Numbered from the stretch's first letter, positions 11,901 to 20,786 are shown. The stretch is 64,000 nucleotides of DNA from Polyangiaceae bacterium (GCA_035063585.1 JAPSGB010000020.1:20837-84836), one strand, 5' to 3'. Made by a program: numbers and translations. Notes: a model not told the origin generated them from the sequence alone.

Positions 11901-13121
11901 CCAAGCTGGACGGGGGAGGAGGAAGCCGACGCCACCACCGCTGAAGGCGCGCTCGACGTCGCGGACGACGAGAGCAAGAGCGAGGCGGGCGGCAAGCTGG
12001 ACGGCGCCGCCGGGTTCGGCGTCGGCGGCGCACCCGCGCCGAGGCAAGCAGCCGCCACGAGCGCCGCCGGGCCGGCGCCCGCCAAGGCCGCGCGACGGCC
12101 TGCTCCGAGCGGTAGCGGCCCCAGTTTCGCGGCCGAGGCATACGACGACTCCGCGTCGTGGCCCCCGCCCCGGCCGAACATGGTCCCCATGCGGCGCGTG
12201 TGGACGCGCACCGGGAGCGTGCTCGAGGGCGAGCGCACCCCCAAGACCGCGAGCGCGAGCGCCCTCGCGGACGCCGAGCGGGACGCCGAGCGAAACCCGG
12301 ACAACCGCGGGGCGATGAAGAAGCTCTACACGCTCTACGCCCTCTCGGGCGAGCTCGAGCGCGCGAGCGAGACGGCCGAGCGCTGGTCCGGGCGGGATCC
12401 GCTCGATCCCGGAGCGCTCACCGCGCGCGCCGATCTGGCGGCGCGGCGAGGCGAACGCGACCAAGCGATGCGGATCCTCGGCAGCGTGGTGGACGTGCGC
12501 CCGGGCGACGTCGCGTCGCAGCGGCGGCTCGCACGCGCGCTCCGCTGGGCAGGGCGCCCCGAGGAAGGGTGCCGGTACCTGCTCGCGCTCGCGCAGCTGA
12601 ACACCAAGGACGCGAGCGCGCTCGCCGACTCGGTGCGCTGCGGGCGGGCGACCGGCGAGCGAAGCATGGCGGACGACATGCTCTCGAGCGCCGACGCCGC
12701 TACCCGCGCAGCGGCTCAGCGCTTGCTCGATCGGCCCGATCCCTTCACCGACTCGCTGAGCGGCGATCTGCGCCTGGAGGCGAGCTGGTCGGGCGGCGCG
12801 GACGTCGATCTGGCGCTGCTCACTCCGGAGGGCGATCGCGTGAGCTGGCTCGGCGCGCCGACGCGGGCGGTCATCACCGCGACCGACGTCGACAGCACAC
12901 GGCGCGAGGGGCTCGCGCTCCGCGGCGCCAAGCCCGGCGACTACGTCATCGAGATCACTCGCGGGGACGGCGGCGGGCCGACCCGCGGGGAGGTGGTCGT
13001 CACGGTGGCCGGTACCAAGCGCACGATCCCGTTCCGCCTCGACGGAGACGGACAGACGCTCGGCATCGCGCGCGTGGCGATGACCTCCCACCTCGAGCCG
13101 GTGAGGGGCTGGGTCCGATGA
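8916..13121 (+). CDS. Large anti-sigma/receptor: zinc-finger anti-sigma (HxxxCxxC) - TM - FecR - VIT - vWA - TPR-like - C-terminal beta domain
   Basis: HLSECDRC; TM VWLGVAATGLAAAAAVALI; FecR VRVLGTKF; VIT ARTEVDETFTN...LEGIYRFPLP...DPALLEW; vWA VVVDASRSM and YIGDG; SRYTSLLVLE; helical repeats; DLRLEASWSGGADVDLALLTPEG. Confidence 0.85.
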   Translation: MTDTMNDKCAELEERMTELLDGSAPEALYDHLSECDRCRDARHEAEQAAALITESGADHRLPADFEARILDALDARGDASAASGRAAGHEPSSAAEGGAAPSAPATERSPARPTSGEPAQDEPPRAEPTRADARADETPDEPAAGSRRTDHPPPARAPSAPSRMRRVWLGVAATGLAAAAAVALISRHAPSPKDDHEASAWRGTVESVATASGAPGGLELCDARGDHCAPLGVGGAVPAGKLVKTDSHTRAILTLDDDTRLTLDRATRLALDTETGRNARLEAGALVADVTHIEGQTARVTFPSGFVRVLGTKFALTLDDGAASVDVSRGVVELGDQQGRKVEVRAGEEGRLIAGAAPWAENAPGLGEALAWSEPIQPKTDEPIEVRGLGQLVAKKPGQTAELDGAVVLASHSVKVRIAGSVARTEVDETFTNTTGDVLEGIYRFPLPPDAKIERLALEVDGKLEEGAFVDRDRGAAIMRGALVQATPQLRRQMRDEIVWVPGPWRDPALLEWQRGGRFELTIYPIPKRGSRRVVLAYTQVVPQSAGVRRYVYPLAYDPGGSTTVDRFDVDVEVRGQDPSFGVRSRGYALNQDRQGDTESLKLSERNFAPSGDLVLEYALPDRTSELTAWAYQPEPASDDTTRSATRPASAKHEFLGDDAYVALALRPKLPRATDDARRAFAVVVDASRSMYGERFKRAASLAARVLGELDPSDQVTLLACDVSCQALPGGLRAPGPRAMAEAERFLEGISPEGASDLAGAIKSARAAMGSTSGRATRIVYIGDGTPTVGPIRASYLTRAVEDAVPAGKGAVTAVAIGADADLDSLEAVARGGGGVVLPYVPGQSVAEAAYAVLGATYGAALRDVTVELPAGLTRVAPSAVDTIPAGGERFVVARMSGASVEGTVVVRGKVADQPFEQRYPLSLTASRAQGNAFVPRVYAAVRIAELETRGGDDAKKEAIALSSALSVQSRYTSLLVLESQAMFRAFGLDNTRSAPSWTGEEEADATTAEGALDVADDESKSEAGGKLDGAAGFGVGGAPAPRQAAATSAAGPAPAKAARRPAPSGSGPSFAAEAYDDSASWPPPRPNMVPMRRVWTRTGSVLEGERTPKTASASALADAERDAERNPDNRGAMKKLYTLYALSGELERASETAERWSGRDPLDPGALTARADLAARRGERDQAMRILGSVVDVRPGDVASQRRLARALRWAGRPEEGCRYLLALAQLNTKDASALADSVRCGRATGERSMADDMLSSADAATRAAAQRLLDRPDPFTDSLSGDLRLEASWSGGADVDLALLTPEGDRVSWLGAPTRAVITATDVDSTRREGLALRGAKPGDYVIEITRGDGGGPTRGEVVVTVAGTKRTIPFRLDGDGQTLGIARVAMTSHLEPVRGWVR

Positions 13122-13192
13122 GCCCTCGCGCCCTCCGCGAACCCGCTCCTCACGCCAGTGTAAGCCGCAACGCTTCGCCGCGTTTCCAGGTC

Positions 13193-14593
13193 ATGCGAAC
13201 CCGATTCCTCTCCACCTTCGGCCTCCTCACCGTGCTCGCCGCCTGCGGCGGGCCGGGCACGAACCGCGCGACCGTGGCCGCGCCGACCGGCGCGGGAGGC
13301 GGGGCGGCCGTGGGCGGCTCGCCCCAGCCGCTGACCATGGCGACGGGCGGTGACGCTGGCGGCGACTCGGACGACGGCGACTGGGGCATCGTCGACGACG
13401 CCTCGTACCCCTCGGTGGTCGAGAAGGTGGTCGCGATGGTGGGCGATCCGGCCATACGGCGCAGCGCCGAGCGTCGCGGGCTCGCCGTGCAAAACATCAT
13501 GTGGGAGGACACCGGGCGCGCCGAGGGCTCGGCGCTCGGCCCGAACATCACCGATCTCACCCTGCAGGTCCGCTATCGCGAGCGCGGAGCGGAGGGTCCG
13601 GCGACCGCGCTCATGCCGGTCATCCGCTTCCCCAACTTCAGCGACCGCACCGGCGACGTGGCCGCCGACAAGTTCCTCATCCGCGTCGGGAACCACGAGC
13701 GCGGGCGCGGGCTCACGACCGTGCCGCTCACCGACGTCCTCTCGAACCTCCGGAGGTACGCCTCCCAGCCGTCGAGCATCGCGGGCTCCGGAAACCTGCT
13801 TGCGCGGCGCGACACCCATTTCCTGGTGAGCGCGCAGGCGGTGTTCTTGCCCATCCCGACGCGTGGGAAGGCGGAGTTCAACCCGGTCGTCTATAACTAC
13901 CAATCCGCACCCGGCTCGCCCGCGGTGCTGACCCTGCTCGTCACCCGCGAGGGCACGAGCATGCGCGTCATCGACAACCGCGCGGAGGAGTCCGGCGGAC
14001 AGGGCTGGGGCCAGGAGCTCTACTTCAACGACCACGGACGGCGCGCGGCCTTCACCGCCGAGCGCCGGAGCGACGTGGCGCGCCGGATCGAGGCGCAGGG
14101 CGGCCCCAAGACGGCGGACGAGCGGAGCCAGCTCGCGCGCGGCGCGGACGTCATCTTCCTGGTGCAAGTCCCGCTGAAGCACCGAAACCGCGGCCGGCTG
14201 GGCGGCGTCATGTACGACGCCGAGCCGGCGCAGGCGCCCGCGACGTCAGCCGCCGCTCCCACCGGCGGCGCGCTCGCCCCGAGCGCGAGCCGCGCCGAGC
14301 GGAGCGACGTCGAGCGCGCCGTGGTCGGTCACGGCAGGAGCCGCGGCCCGTTCGAGGAGGGCGGCGGGCTTCGGCTCGAGCGGGACGAGCGCTTCCCGAT
14401 CCGCGTCACCGTGCAGTTTTACAAGGCGACCAGCAACGGGGTCGCCGACGAGCGCGATCTCGACGCCATCGCGCAGAGCATCGGCAGCGTCTACGAGCAC
14501 GCGGACTTCGTGGGCTCGCTGGTGATCCCGGACGGAGATCCCCGCCGCCCCACCTCCTGGCAGCGCGTACCGCGCGAGTGGTTCCCGTGGTGA
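13193..14593 (+). CDS. Uncharacterised lipoprotein (WEDTGR...GPNITDLTL family)
   Basis: Signal peptide with lipobox MRTRFLSTFGLLTVLAAC; globular body with typical codon usage; lies directly after the VIT-vWA gene. Confidence 0.75.
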   Translation: MRTRFLSTFGLLTVLAACGGPGTNRATVAAPTGAGGGAAVGGSPQPLTMATGGDAGGDSDDGDWGIVDDASYPSVVEKVVAMVGDPAIRRSAERRGLAVQNIMWEDTGRAEGSALGPNITDLTLQVRYRERGAEGPATALMPVIRFPNFSDRTGDVAADKFLIRVGNHERGRGLTTVPLTDVLSNLRRYASQPSSIAGSGNLLARRDTHFLVSAQAVFLPIPTRGKAEFNPVVYNYQSAPGSPAVLTLLVTREGTSMRVIDNRAEESGGQGWGQELYFNDHGRRAAFTAERRSDVARRIEAQGGPKTADERSQLARGADVIFLVQVPLKHRNRGRLGGVMYDAEPAQAPATSAAAPTGGALAPSASRAERSDVERAVVGHGRSRGPFEEGGGLRLERDERFPIRVTVQFYKATSNGVADERDLDAIAQSIGSVYEHADFVGSLVIPDGDPRRPTSWQRVPREWFPW

Positions 14594-14603
14594 ACGGGGC
14601 GGC

Positions 14604-15170
14604 TCAGCCGAGCACGCGGAGCACGATGAGCCGACCCGCGGACTCGACCGCGGCCACCACCGCCACCGCGTAGAGCCAGCCGACGAACAGCTTGGCGGGT
14701 AACCACGCGATGGCGCGGTTCAGCCGAGCGAGGAGCCCCGGCGCCGAGCTCGCCATGATCCCGGCCGCCACGCACGCCCAGGCGAGCCCGAGCAGCGGGT
14801 CGGAGGGGTCGATCCGCTGAGCGAGCGCCGCCCGATAGTCTCCCGCGACGAGCCCAGCCGTCGCGCGGAGCGTGAGCGCGCTCGCGGTGAGCGCGATGGC
14901 CGCGCTGGTGAGCGCGGCGAGCGGCACCAGCACGGCGAGCACCGCGGGCGCGCGCCGCTCGGGCTGCCCGTGCGAGCCGACCACCAGCCCGAGCGCGTAC
15001 GCGATGCCGGCGATCCCGGTCGCGTGGAAGCGCAGGATCGCGAGCGCTATTTCGACCGCGCCGCCGGGCGCGCGCTCGGCGCGGACCCCGGACGACAAGA
15101 GCACCCCGGCGAGCGCAGAGCCGAGCACGACCCAGCTCGCGAAGGTCCAGGCGAAGCGCCGCAGGCTCAT
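14604..15170 (-). CDS. Hypothetical multi-pass membrane protein
   Basis: About 188 aa with 4-5 hydrophobic segments; fills the gap between the lipoprotein gene and pgsB. Confidence 0.55.
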   Translation of the reverse strand: MSLRRFAWTFASWVVLGSALAGVLLSSGVRAERAPGGAVEIALAILRFHATGIAGIAYALGLVVGSHGQPERRAPAVLAVLVPLAALTSAAIALTASALTLRATAGLVAGDYRAALAQRIDPSDPLLGLAWACVAAGIMASSAPGLLARLNRAIAWLPAKLFVGWLYAVAVVAAVESAGRLIVLRVLG

Positions 15171-15253
15171 GAGCGCCGTGCGGCATAGCGCGAAGCGCCG
15201 CGTCAGGAAAGGGCGCTGCCCGGCGCGCACGGCGCAACCCCGCGCGGCCCCGG

Positions 15254-15315
15254 GCGGTTCCGCGCCGGACCGGCAAACAAGCATTATGGCTCAGGTTTTT
15301 GTTGATTCGGCGCGG
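15254..15315. repeat. Inverted pair of REP-like motifs upstream of pgsB
   Basis: gcggttccgcgccggaccggc (15254-15274, +) and gttgattcggcgcgg (15301-15315, -) flank an AT-richer spacer. Confidence 0.5.
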
Positions 15316-15373
15316 GGGGCTCGGGTCCCGCCCCATGCGTTCGCGGGGCGCGAATGATAAAGGGAGCGCGGGC

Positions 15374-16624
15374 ATGACCGGAACGGAGATGCTGGCCGCG
15401 ATCGCGGCGCTCTTGGTCGTGCTCGGCGCCGTCGAGCTCGCCCGGCATCGCCGGAACCTCAGACGCATCCGCCACCGGATCCACGTCAACGGGACGCGCG
15501 GGAAATCGAGCGTCACGCGGCTCATCGCGGCCGCGCTCCGCGAGGCCGGCGTGGTCACCTGCGCGAAGACCACCGGGACGCTCGCGCGCATGATCCTGCC
15601 CGACGGTCGCGAGGTGCCGATCTTCCGCCCGGCGGGCGCCAACGTGATCGAGCAATTGCGGATCGTCGCGGCGGCGGCCGCTTACGGCGCCGAGGCCCTG
15701 GTCATCGAGTGCATGGCGCTCCAGCCCGAGCTCCAGGCCCTCTCGGAGCTCAAGATGGTGCGCGCCACCCACGGAGTCATCACCAACGCGCGCCCGGACC
15801 ACCTCGACGTGATGGGCCCCGCCGCCCGTGACGTCGCGCGCGCGCTCGCCGGGATGATGCCCGAGCGCGGCAAGCTGTTCACCGCCGAGCAGGCGAACCT
15901 CGCCGAGCTCGCGAGCGCCGCGGCCGACCGGAAGAGCGAGCTCATCGCGATCACGGAAGCGGAGATCCGCGGAGTCGGCAGCGACGAGCTCGCGCGGTTC
16001 GGCTACACCGAGCACCCGGACAACGTGGCGCTGGCGCTCAGGGTGTGCGCCGAGCTCGGAGTGTCGCGCGAGGTCGCGCTCCGCGGCATGTGGAAGTGCC
16101 CGCCCGATCCCGGCGCGCTCACCCGCCACGAGCTCGAGTTCTTCGGACGCCGACTGGTTTTCTACAACGCGTTCGCCGCCAACGATCCGGTGTCCACCGA
16201 GCAGCTCTGGCAACGGGCGAACGACCAGACCCCGGAGGCCGAGCAGCGGATCGCAATTTTCAATTGCCGCGCCGATCGGCCCGATCGCTCGCTCCAGCTC
16301 GGCGCGGAGTTCACGCGCTGGCGTCCGGCCGATTTCCTCGTCCTGATGGGGAGCGGCACCTATCTGTTCGCCCGCGCGGCGACCCGCGCGGGCTTCGATC
16401 CGGCGCGGCTGGTGGTGGTGGAGGATCTGTCTGTGGAGGAGATCTTCGAGAGCGTGGTGGCGCTGGTCGGGCGCTCGGCGCTGGTGGTCGGGATGGGCAA
16501 CATCGGCGGGCAAGGGCTCTCGCTCACCCGCTATTTTCGCAACCGCGCCGCGCCGGTCCTGCCGCGCGGCGTCTCGGCGCTCGGCGAGGTGCCCGGGCGG
16601 GCGCTGCTCGAGGTCGAGCCATGA
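15374..16624 (+). CDS. pgsB: Poly-gamma-glutamate synthase PgsB/CapB
   Basis: RIHVNGTRGKSSVTRLI, AKTTGT, ECMALQP, ITNARPDHLDVMG, NAFAANDP, NCRADRPDRS and GMGNIGG. Confidence 0.93.
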   Translation: MTGTEMLAAIAALLVVLGAVELARHRRNLRRIRHRIHVNGTRGKSSVTRLIAAALREAGVVTCAKTTGTLARMILPDGREVPIFRPAGANVIEQLRIVAAAAAYGAEALVIECMALQPELQALSELKMVRATHGVITNARPDHLDVMGPAARDVARALAGMMPERGKLFTAEQANLAELASAAADRKSELIAITEAEIRGVGSDELARFGYTEHPDNVALALRVCAELGVSREVALRGMWKCPPDPGALTRHELEFFGRRLVFYNAFAANDPVSTEQLWQRANDQTPEAEQRIAIFNCRADRPDRSLQLGAEFTRWRPADFLVLMGSGTYLFARAATRAGFDPARLVVVEDLSVEEIFESVVALVGRSALVVGMGNIGGQGLSLTRYFRNRAAPVLPRGVSALGEVPGRALLEVEP

Positions 16625-17076
16625 GCGCGCTCCTACCGCTCGCGATTGGGATCGGGCTCGCGGTGAGCCTGCTCCTGACCGAGCTCTTCGGGATCGCCGC
16701 GGGCGGCATGATCGTTCCCGGCTACATCGCGCTGAGCCTCACCCGCCCCCTCGACGTGCTCCTGACGGTCGGCGCGGGCTTCGTGACCTTCCTCATCGTT
16801 CACACGCTGTCGTCCTTCGTCATCGTATACGGGCGACGCCGCACGGTGCTCATGATCCTCATCGGCTATCTGATGGGGCTCTTCGCCCGCTGGGCCACCA
16901 GCGGCGTGGTGGTGGACGGTAGCGCGCTCACCGTCATTGGCTTCATCATCCCCGGCCTCATCGCCATCTGGCTCGACCGTCAGGGCGTGGTCGAGACACT
17001 GGCCGCGCTCTTGACCGCCTCCGCGCTGGTGCGGCTCATCCTGGTGGTGCTGGTCGGAACGGAGCTCCGAGGATGA
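16621..17076 (+). CDS. pgsC: Poly-gamma-glutamate biosynthesis protein PgsC/CapC
   Basis: ELFGIAAGGMIVPGYIAL, VYGRRR and IGFIIPGLIAIWLDRQG. ATGA overlap with pgsB. Confidence 0.92.
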   Translation: MSALLPLAIGIGLAVSLLLTELFGIAAGGMIVPGYIALSLTRPLDVLLTVGAGFVTFLIVHTLSSFVIVYGRRRTVLMILIGYLMGLFARWATSGVVVDGSALTVIGFIIPGLIAIWLDRQGVVETLAALLTASALVRLILVVLVGTELRG

Positions 17077-18218
17077 AGCGCGTCTACTGGCGCCCACCCG
17101 GTGTCTCGCGCGCGGCGCTCACCATGATCGCGCTCATCGCGCTCATCGCGGTGGTGGCGGTCGAGGCGCTGCCGGTGCAAGAGAAGCAGCGGTACTACGC
17201 GGAGAAGATCGCCGCCGCCAAGCTCGCGCTCCGAGCCATGGCCGAGATCAAGGCCGAGAAGGCTCGCCTCGGGCTCAAGCCGGATCCCGAGGGCGATCCG
17301 TATGGCACCGGCCTCATCGGCGTGCCGCTCAGCGCGGTCACCAGCAACACCGGGTATCTCACCGCCAAGCAGACCAGCGTAAATCCCAATTTCGCGGCGG
17401 TGGTCGTCCACCTGCTCAAGCGGGCCGGAGTCGCGGCCGGCGACACGGTGGCGCTCGGCGTCTCGGGCTCCTTCCCGGCGCTCAACATCGACGCCTTCGC
17501 CGCCTGTCAGGTGCTCGGCCTGAAGCCCATCGTGATCGCGAGCGCGTCCGCCTCCGAGTGGGGCGCGAACAACCCTGAGTTTCTCTGGATCGACATGGAG
17601 CACCACCTGAGCGAGAAGGGCCTCTTCGGCTTCCGCTCGGTGGCCGCCTCGCTCGGCGGGATCGACGACAAGGGCTTCGGCATGTCGAAGGAGGGGCGCT
17701 CCCTGCTCGACGCCGCCATCGAGCGTAATGGTCTCGAGAAGATCACGCCGCGCTCGATCGTCGACTCGATCGACAAGCGCCTCTCCATCTACGAGCGACT
17801 GGCCGGCGACCGCCCGATCAAGGCCTACGTGAACGTCGGCGGCGGCACCGCCTCGGTCGGCACCCACGTCGGCAAGAAGGAGTTCGAGCCCGGCCTCAAC
17901 CTCGCGCCGCCACGCAAAGATACCCTGATGGACTCCGTCATGCTGCGTTTTGCGGAGCGCGACGTGCCCGTCATCCACCTCACGAACATCACCAAGCTCG
18001 CGGAGAATAACGGGCTCCCGCTCGACCCGAAGGGGATCCCTCCGGTCGGGGAAGGCACGATATACGTGCGCGCCGAGTATAACCGCTGGCTCGCGGGCGC
18101 GGGGCTCGCGGTGGTCTTCGCTGCGATGCTCGCGTTCATCCGCCTCGACGTCGGCAGCCGGCTGCTCGCCACCACGCGCAAGAAGCGCGACGGCACGCAG
18201 CCGCAACAGATGATTTGA
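17073..18218 (+). CDS. pgsW: Poly-gamma-glutamate system protein PgsW
   Basis: TGLIG...TSNTGYLTAKQTSVNPNFAA, SGSFPALNI, SASEWGANNPEF, SLGGIDD and YVNVGGG; position after pgsBC. Confidence 0.85.
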   Translation: MKRVYWRPPGVSRAALTMIALIALIAVVAVEALPVQEKQRYYAEKIAAAKLALRAMAEIKAEKARLGLKPDPEGDPYGTGLIGVPLSAVTSNTGYLTAKQTSVNPNFAAVVVHLLKRAGVAAGDTVALGVSGSFPALNIDAFAACQVLGLKPIVIASASASEWGANNPEFLWIDMEHHLSEKGLFGFRSVAASLGGIDDKGFGMSKEGRSLLDAAIERNGLEKITPRSIVDSIDKRLSIYERLAGDRPIKAYVNVGGGTASVGTHVGKKEFEPGLNLAPPRKDTLMDSVMLRFAERDVPVIHLTNITKLAENNGLPLDPKGIPPVGEGTIYVRAEYNRWLAGAGLAVVFAAMLAFIRLDVGSRLLATTRKKRDGTQPQQMI

Positions 18219-18236
18219 TCCGAGGGCAAGAGAGGC

Positions 18237-18260
18237 TGTCGATTCGGCGCGGGACCGCGC
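18237..18260 (-). repeat. Dispersed intergenic REP-like palindrome, copy
   Basis: tgtcgattcggcgcgggaccgcgc; reverse complement gcgcgg-tc-ccgcgc-cgaatcgaca. Confidence 0.55.
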
Positions 18261-18309
18261 GGCCCGGTCGCTCGACGGCCGGAAATGTCCGTGTTACGAC
18301 CGCTCGCGG

Positions 18310-19263
18310 ATGATGCCCAGCAGCGCAAACGCGGTCGACTGGGCGATTTTCGCGGGCGTCGTCATCGGCGCGATGCTGCTCGATCGCGTGCTGTTTGGCG
18401 GCTCGCACCACGTCTCATTTCGGGAGGCGGCGGTGCGGAGCGGGATGTGGCTCATGGTGGGCCTCGGTTTCGCCGCCACGGTGTTCTACCGACAGGGGAG
18501 CGACGGCGCGCTCACCTTCATCGTCGCCTATCTCGTGGAGCAGTCGCTCTCGGTAGACAACCTGTTCGTCTTCCTGGTGGTCTTCAGCTACTTCCGCATA
18601 GGCGACCAGTATCAGGCGAGAGTCCTCTTCTGGGGCGTGATTGGCGCGGTCATCATGCGCGCGCTCTTCATCGTCGCCGGCACGGCGCTGCTCGGCCGCT
18701 TCCACTGGATGACGTACGTGTTCGGAGCCTTCCTGGTCTTTACCGGGGTGAAGCTCGGATTTCACAAGGAAGAGGACGTGGATATGGAGGGGAACTTCGC
18801 GCTCAAGCTCGCGCGCCGGTTCCTCCGCACCACCGACAAGCTCGACCGAGAGCACTTCTTCACGGTGGAAAATGGCCGACGCGTCGCGACTCCGCTCCTG
18901 GTGGTCCTGATCGTCATCGAGCTCACTGACGTCATGTTCGCGGTGGACTCGGTGCCGGCGGTGCTGGCCATCTCCAAGGACACCTACATCGTGTACAGCT
19001 CGAACATCCTGGCCGTGCTCGGGCTGCGCTCGCTCTACTTCCTGCTCGCAGGAATGATGGGGCGGTTTCACTACCTCGACGTGGGGCTCGCCGTGATCCT
19101 GGCCTTCGTCGGTCTCAAGATGCTCGGGGCGAGCTACGTCTCCGTCCCGAACGCCGTCTCCCTCGGCGTCATCGGCGGCGTGCTCGCGGTGGCGGTGATA
19201 GCCTCGTTCCTCAGGCCCGTGGAGCGAGCCAGCGACCACGGCGCCGACTCGCCGCGATCATGA
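18310..19263 (+). CDS. TerC/Alx family membrane protein
   Basis: EQSLSVDNLFVF, RVLFWGVIGAVIMR, IELTDVMFAVDSVPA and SSNILAVLGLRSLYF. Confidence 0.92.
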   Translation: MMPSSANAVDWAIFAGVVIGAMLLDRVLFGGSHHVSFREAAVRSGMWLMVGLGFAATVFYRQGSDGALTFIVAYLVEQSLSVDNLFVFLVVFSYFRIGDQYQARVLFWGVIGAVIMRALFIVAGTALLGRFHWMTYVFGAFLVFTGVKLGFHKEEDVDMEGNFALKLARRFLRTTDKLDREHFFTVENGRRVATPLLVVLIVIELTDVMFAVDSVPAVLAISKDTYIVYSSNILAVLGLRSLYFLLAGMMGRFHYLDVGLAVILAFVGLKMLGASYVSVPNAVSLGVIGGVLAVAVIASFLRPVERASDHGADSPRS

Positions 19264-20786
19264 GCCAGGGCTTACAGCTTCGCTCGTCGGGGGTGCTGCT
19301 CCACCCAACCTCCCTACCGGGCCAGTTCGCGGCTGGGGATCTCGGACCCGCCGCGCATGAGTTCATCGAGTTTCTCTCGCGCGCTCGCCAGGGGTGGTGG
19401 CAGATGCTGCCGGTCGGCCCGGTCGGCCCGAGCGGCTCCCCCTACGACAGCCCCTCGACGTTCGCAGGCAACCCGAGCCTGGTGAGCCTCGAGTTGCTCG
19501 CGCGAGACGGGCTGCTGCGCGCCGATGAGCTCGCGAGGGCGGCGGCGCCGTCCGGGCGACGGGCCGAGCTGCGCTGGGCCGCGCGGTTCCGCGAGCTGCG
19601 CCTGCGCCGCGCGTTCCTGCGGTTCGATGGGCGCGCGTCGCCCGCGGACCTCAGGGAACTCGAGGCGTTCCGGCACCGCAACGCCGCGTGGTTGCCGGAT
19701 CACGCGCTCTACTCCGCGCTCGCGCGCGCCCACCGCGGCGCGTCGTGGGTCCGCTGGGAAGAGCCGCTCCGTCACCGGCGGCCGCGCGCGCTCGAGCGGG
19801 CGCGGCGCGAGCTGGGCGAGGAGATCCGCTTCCATGAATTCGTGCAGCTCATGTTTCATCGGCACTGGCGGGAGCTTCGACGGCACGCGACCGACCGCGG
19901 CGTCCGTCTGCTCGGAGACGTGCCCATGTTCGTGGCTCACCAGGGCTCGGACGTCTGGGCACATCAAGACCTCTACTTCCTCGGGCGCGACGGCCGCGCG
20001 AGCGTCGTCGCCGGCGTCCCGCCGGACGCTTACAGCGCCACCGGGCAGCTCTGGGGCAATCCCATCTATCGCTGGGCGAGCATGGAGGAGGCAGGGTTCT
20101 CGTGGTGGCTCGAGCGGCTCTCGCACACCCTCGAGCGCTTCGACGTGGTGCGGCTCGATCACTTCATCGGTTTCCATCGCTACTGGGAGATCCCTGCCGC
20201 GGCGCGCTCGGCGGCGCGGGGCCGTTTCGTCGGCGTCCCGGGGCGGGCGCTCTTCGAGCGTGTCCGCCAGATCCTCGGCGCGCTGCCGTTCGTGGCCGAG
20301 GATCTCGGCATCGTGACCGACGACGTCCAGGCCCTGCGCGAGCGGTTCGCGCTACCCGGAATGCGCGTGCTCCAGTTCGGGTTCGACACCGACGAGCCCA
20401 ACGACTATCTGCCGCATCGCTACGTCAAGCACTCCGTCGTTTACACCGGAACTCACGATAACGACACGACCGCGTCGTGGCTTCACGCGCGCGGAAGCGC
20501 GGGCGCGAGCAGGCGCCGTCGCATCGAGCGTTACCTCGGCGGTTGGTCCGCCGAGCCCTGCTGGGACATCATCCGTCTCGCGCTCGCGTCCGTGTCGAAC
20601 ACCGCGATCTTCCCGCTCCAGGATCTCCTCGGCCTCGGCGGCAGCGCCCGCATGAACGTCCCGGGGACGCGCACGGGCAACTGGACGTGGCGCGCGCGCG
20701 CACGCGAGCTGAGCCCCGCGCTCGCCGAGCGAATGGCCGAGCTCTGCGCGACCTATGAGCGTGACCCATCGCCGAGACGCGCTTGA
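19260..20786 (+). CDS. malQ: 4-alpha-glucanotransferase (amylomaltase, GH77)
   Basis: GVLLHPTSLP, WWQMLP, GVPPDAYSATGQLWGNP, RLDHFIGF, AEDLG, YTGTHDNDT and RMNVPG...NWTWR. Confidence 0.95.
   Translation: MSQGLQLRSSGVLLHPTSLPGQFAAGDLGPAAHEFIEFLSRARQGWWQMLPVGPVGPSGSPYDSPSTFAGNPSLVSLELLARDGLLRADELARAAAPSGRRAELRWAARFRELRLRRAFLRFDGRASPADLRELEAFRHRNAAWLPDHALYSALARAHRGASWVRWEEPLRHRRPRALERARRELGEEIRFHEFVQLMFHRHWRELRRHATDRGVRLLGDVPMFVAHQGSDVWAHQDLYFLGRDGRASVVAGVPPDAYSATGQLWGNPIYRWASMEEAGFSWWLERLSHTLERFDVVRLDHFIGFHRYWEIPAAARSAARGRFVGVPGRALFERVRQILGALPFVAEDLGIVTDDVQALRERFALPGMRVLQFGFDTDEPNDYLPHRYVKHSVVYTGTHDNDTTASWLHARGSAGASRRRRIERYLGGWSAEPCWDIIRLALASVSNTAIFPLQDLLGLGGSARMNVPGTRTGNWTWRARARELSPALAERMAELCATYERDPSPRRA

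Noticed and set aside
12158..13192. Long N-terminal extensions in the ORF track (also 16045-16620, 23616-24320 and 61219-61458)
   Set aside because: They overlap upstream genes out of frame. Signal peptides, RBSs and ATGA couplings indicate the later starts.
14604..15170. MlaE-like permease or PGA exporter
   Set aside because: The resemblance is limited to hydrophobicity and one weak motif; no ABC ATPase or MlaD partner is present.
18219..18309. yybP-ykoY (Mn) riboswitch upstream of the TerC/Alx gene
   Set aside because: The gap is only about 90 bp, is partly occupied by the REP-like motif, and shows no recognisable riboswitch consensus.
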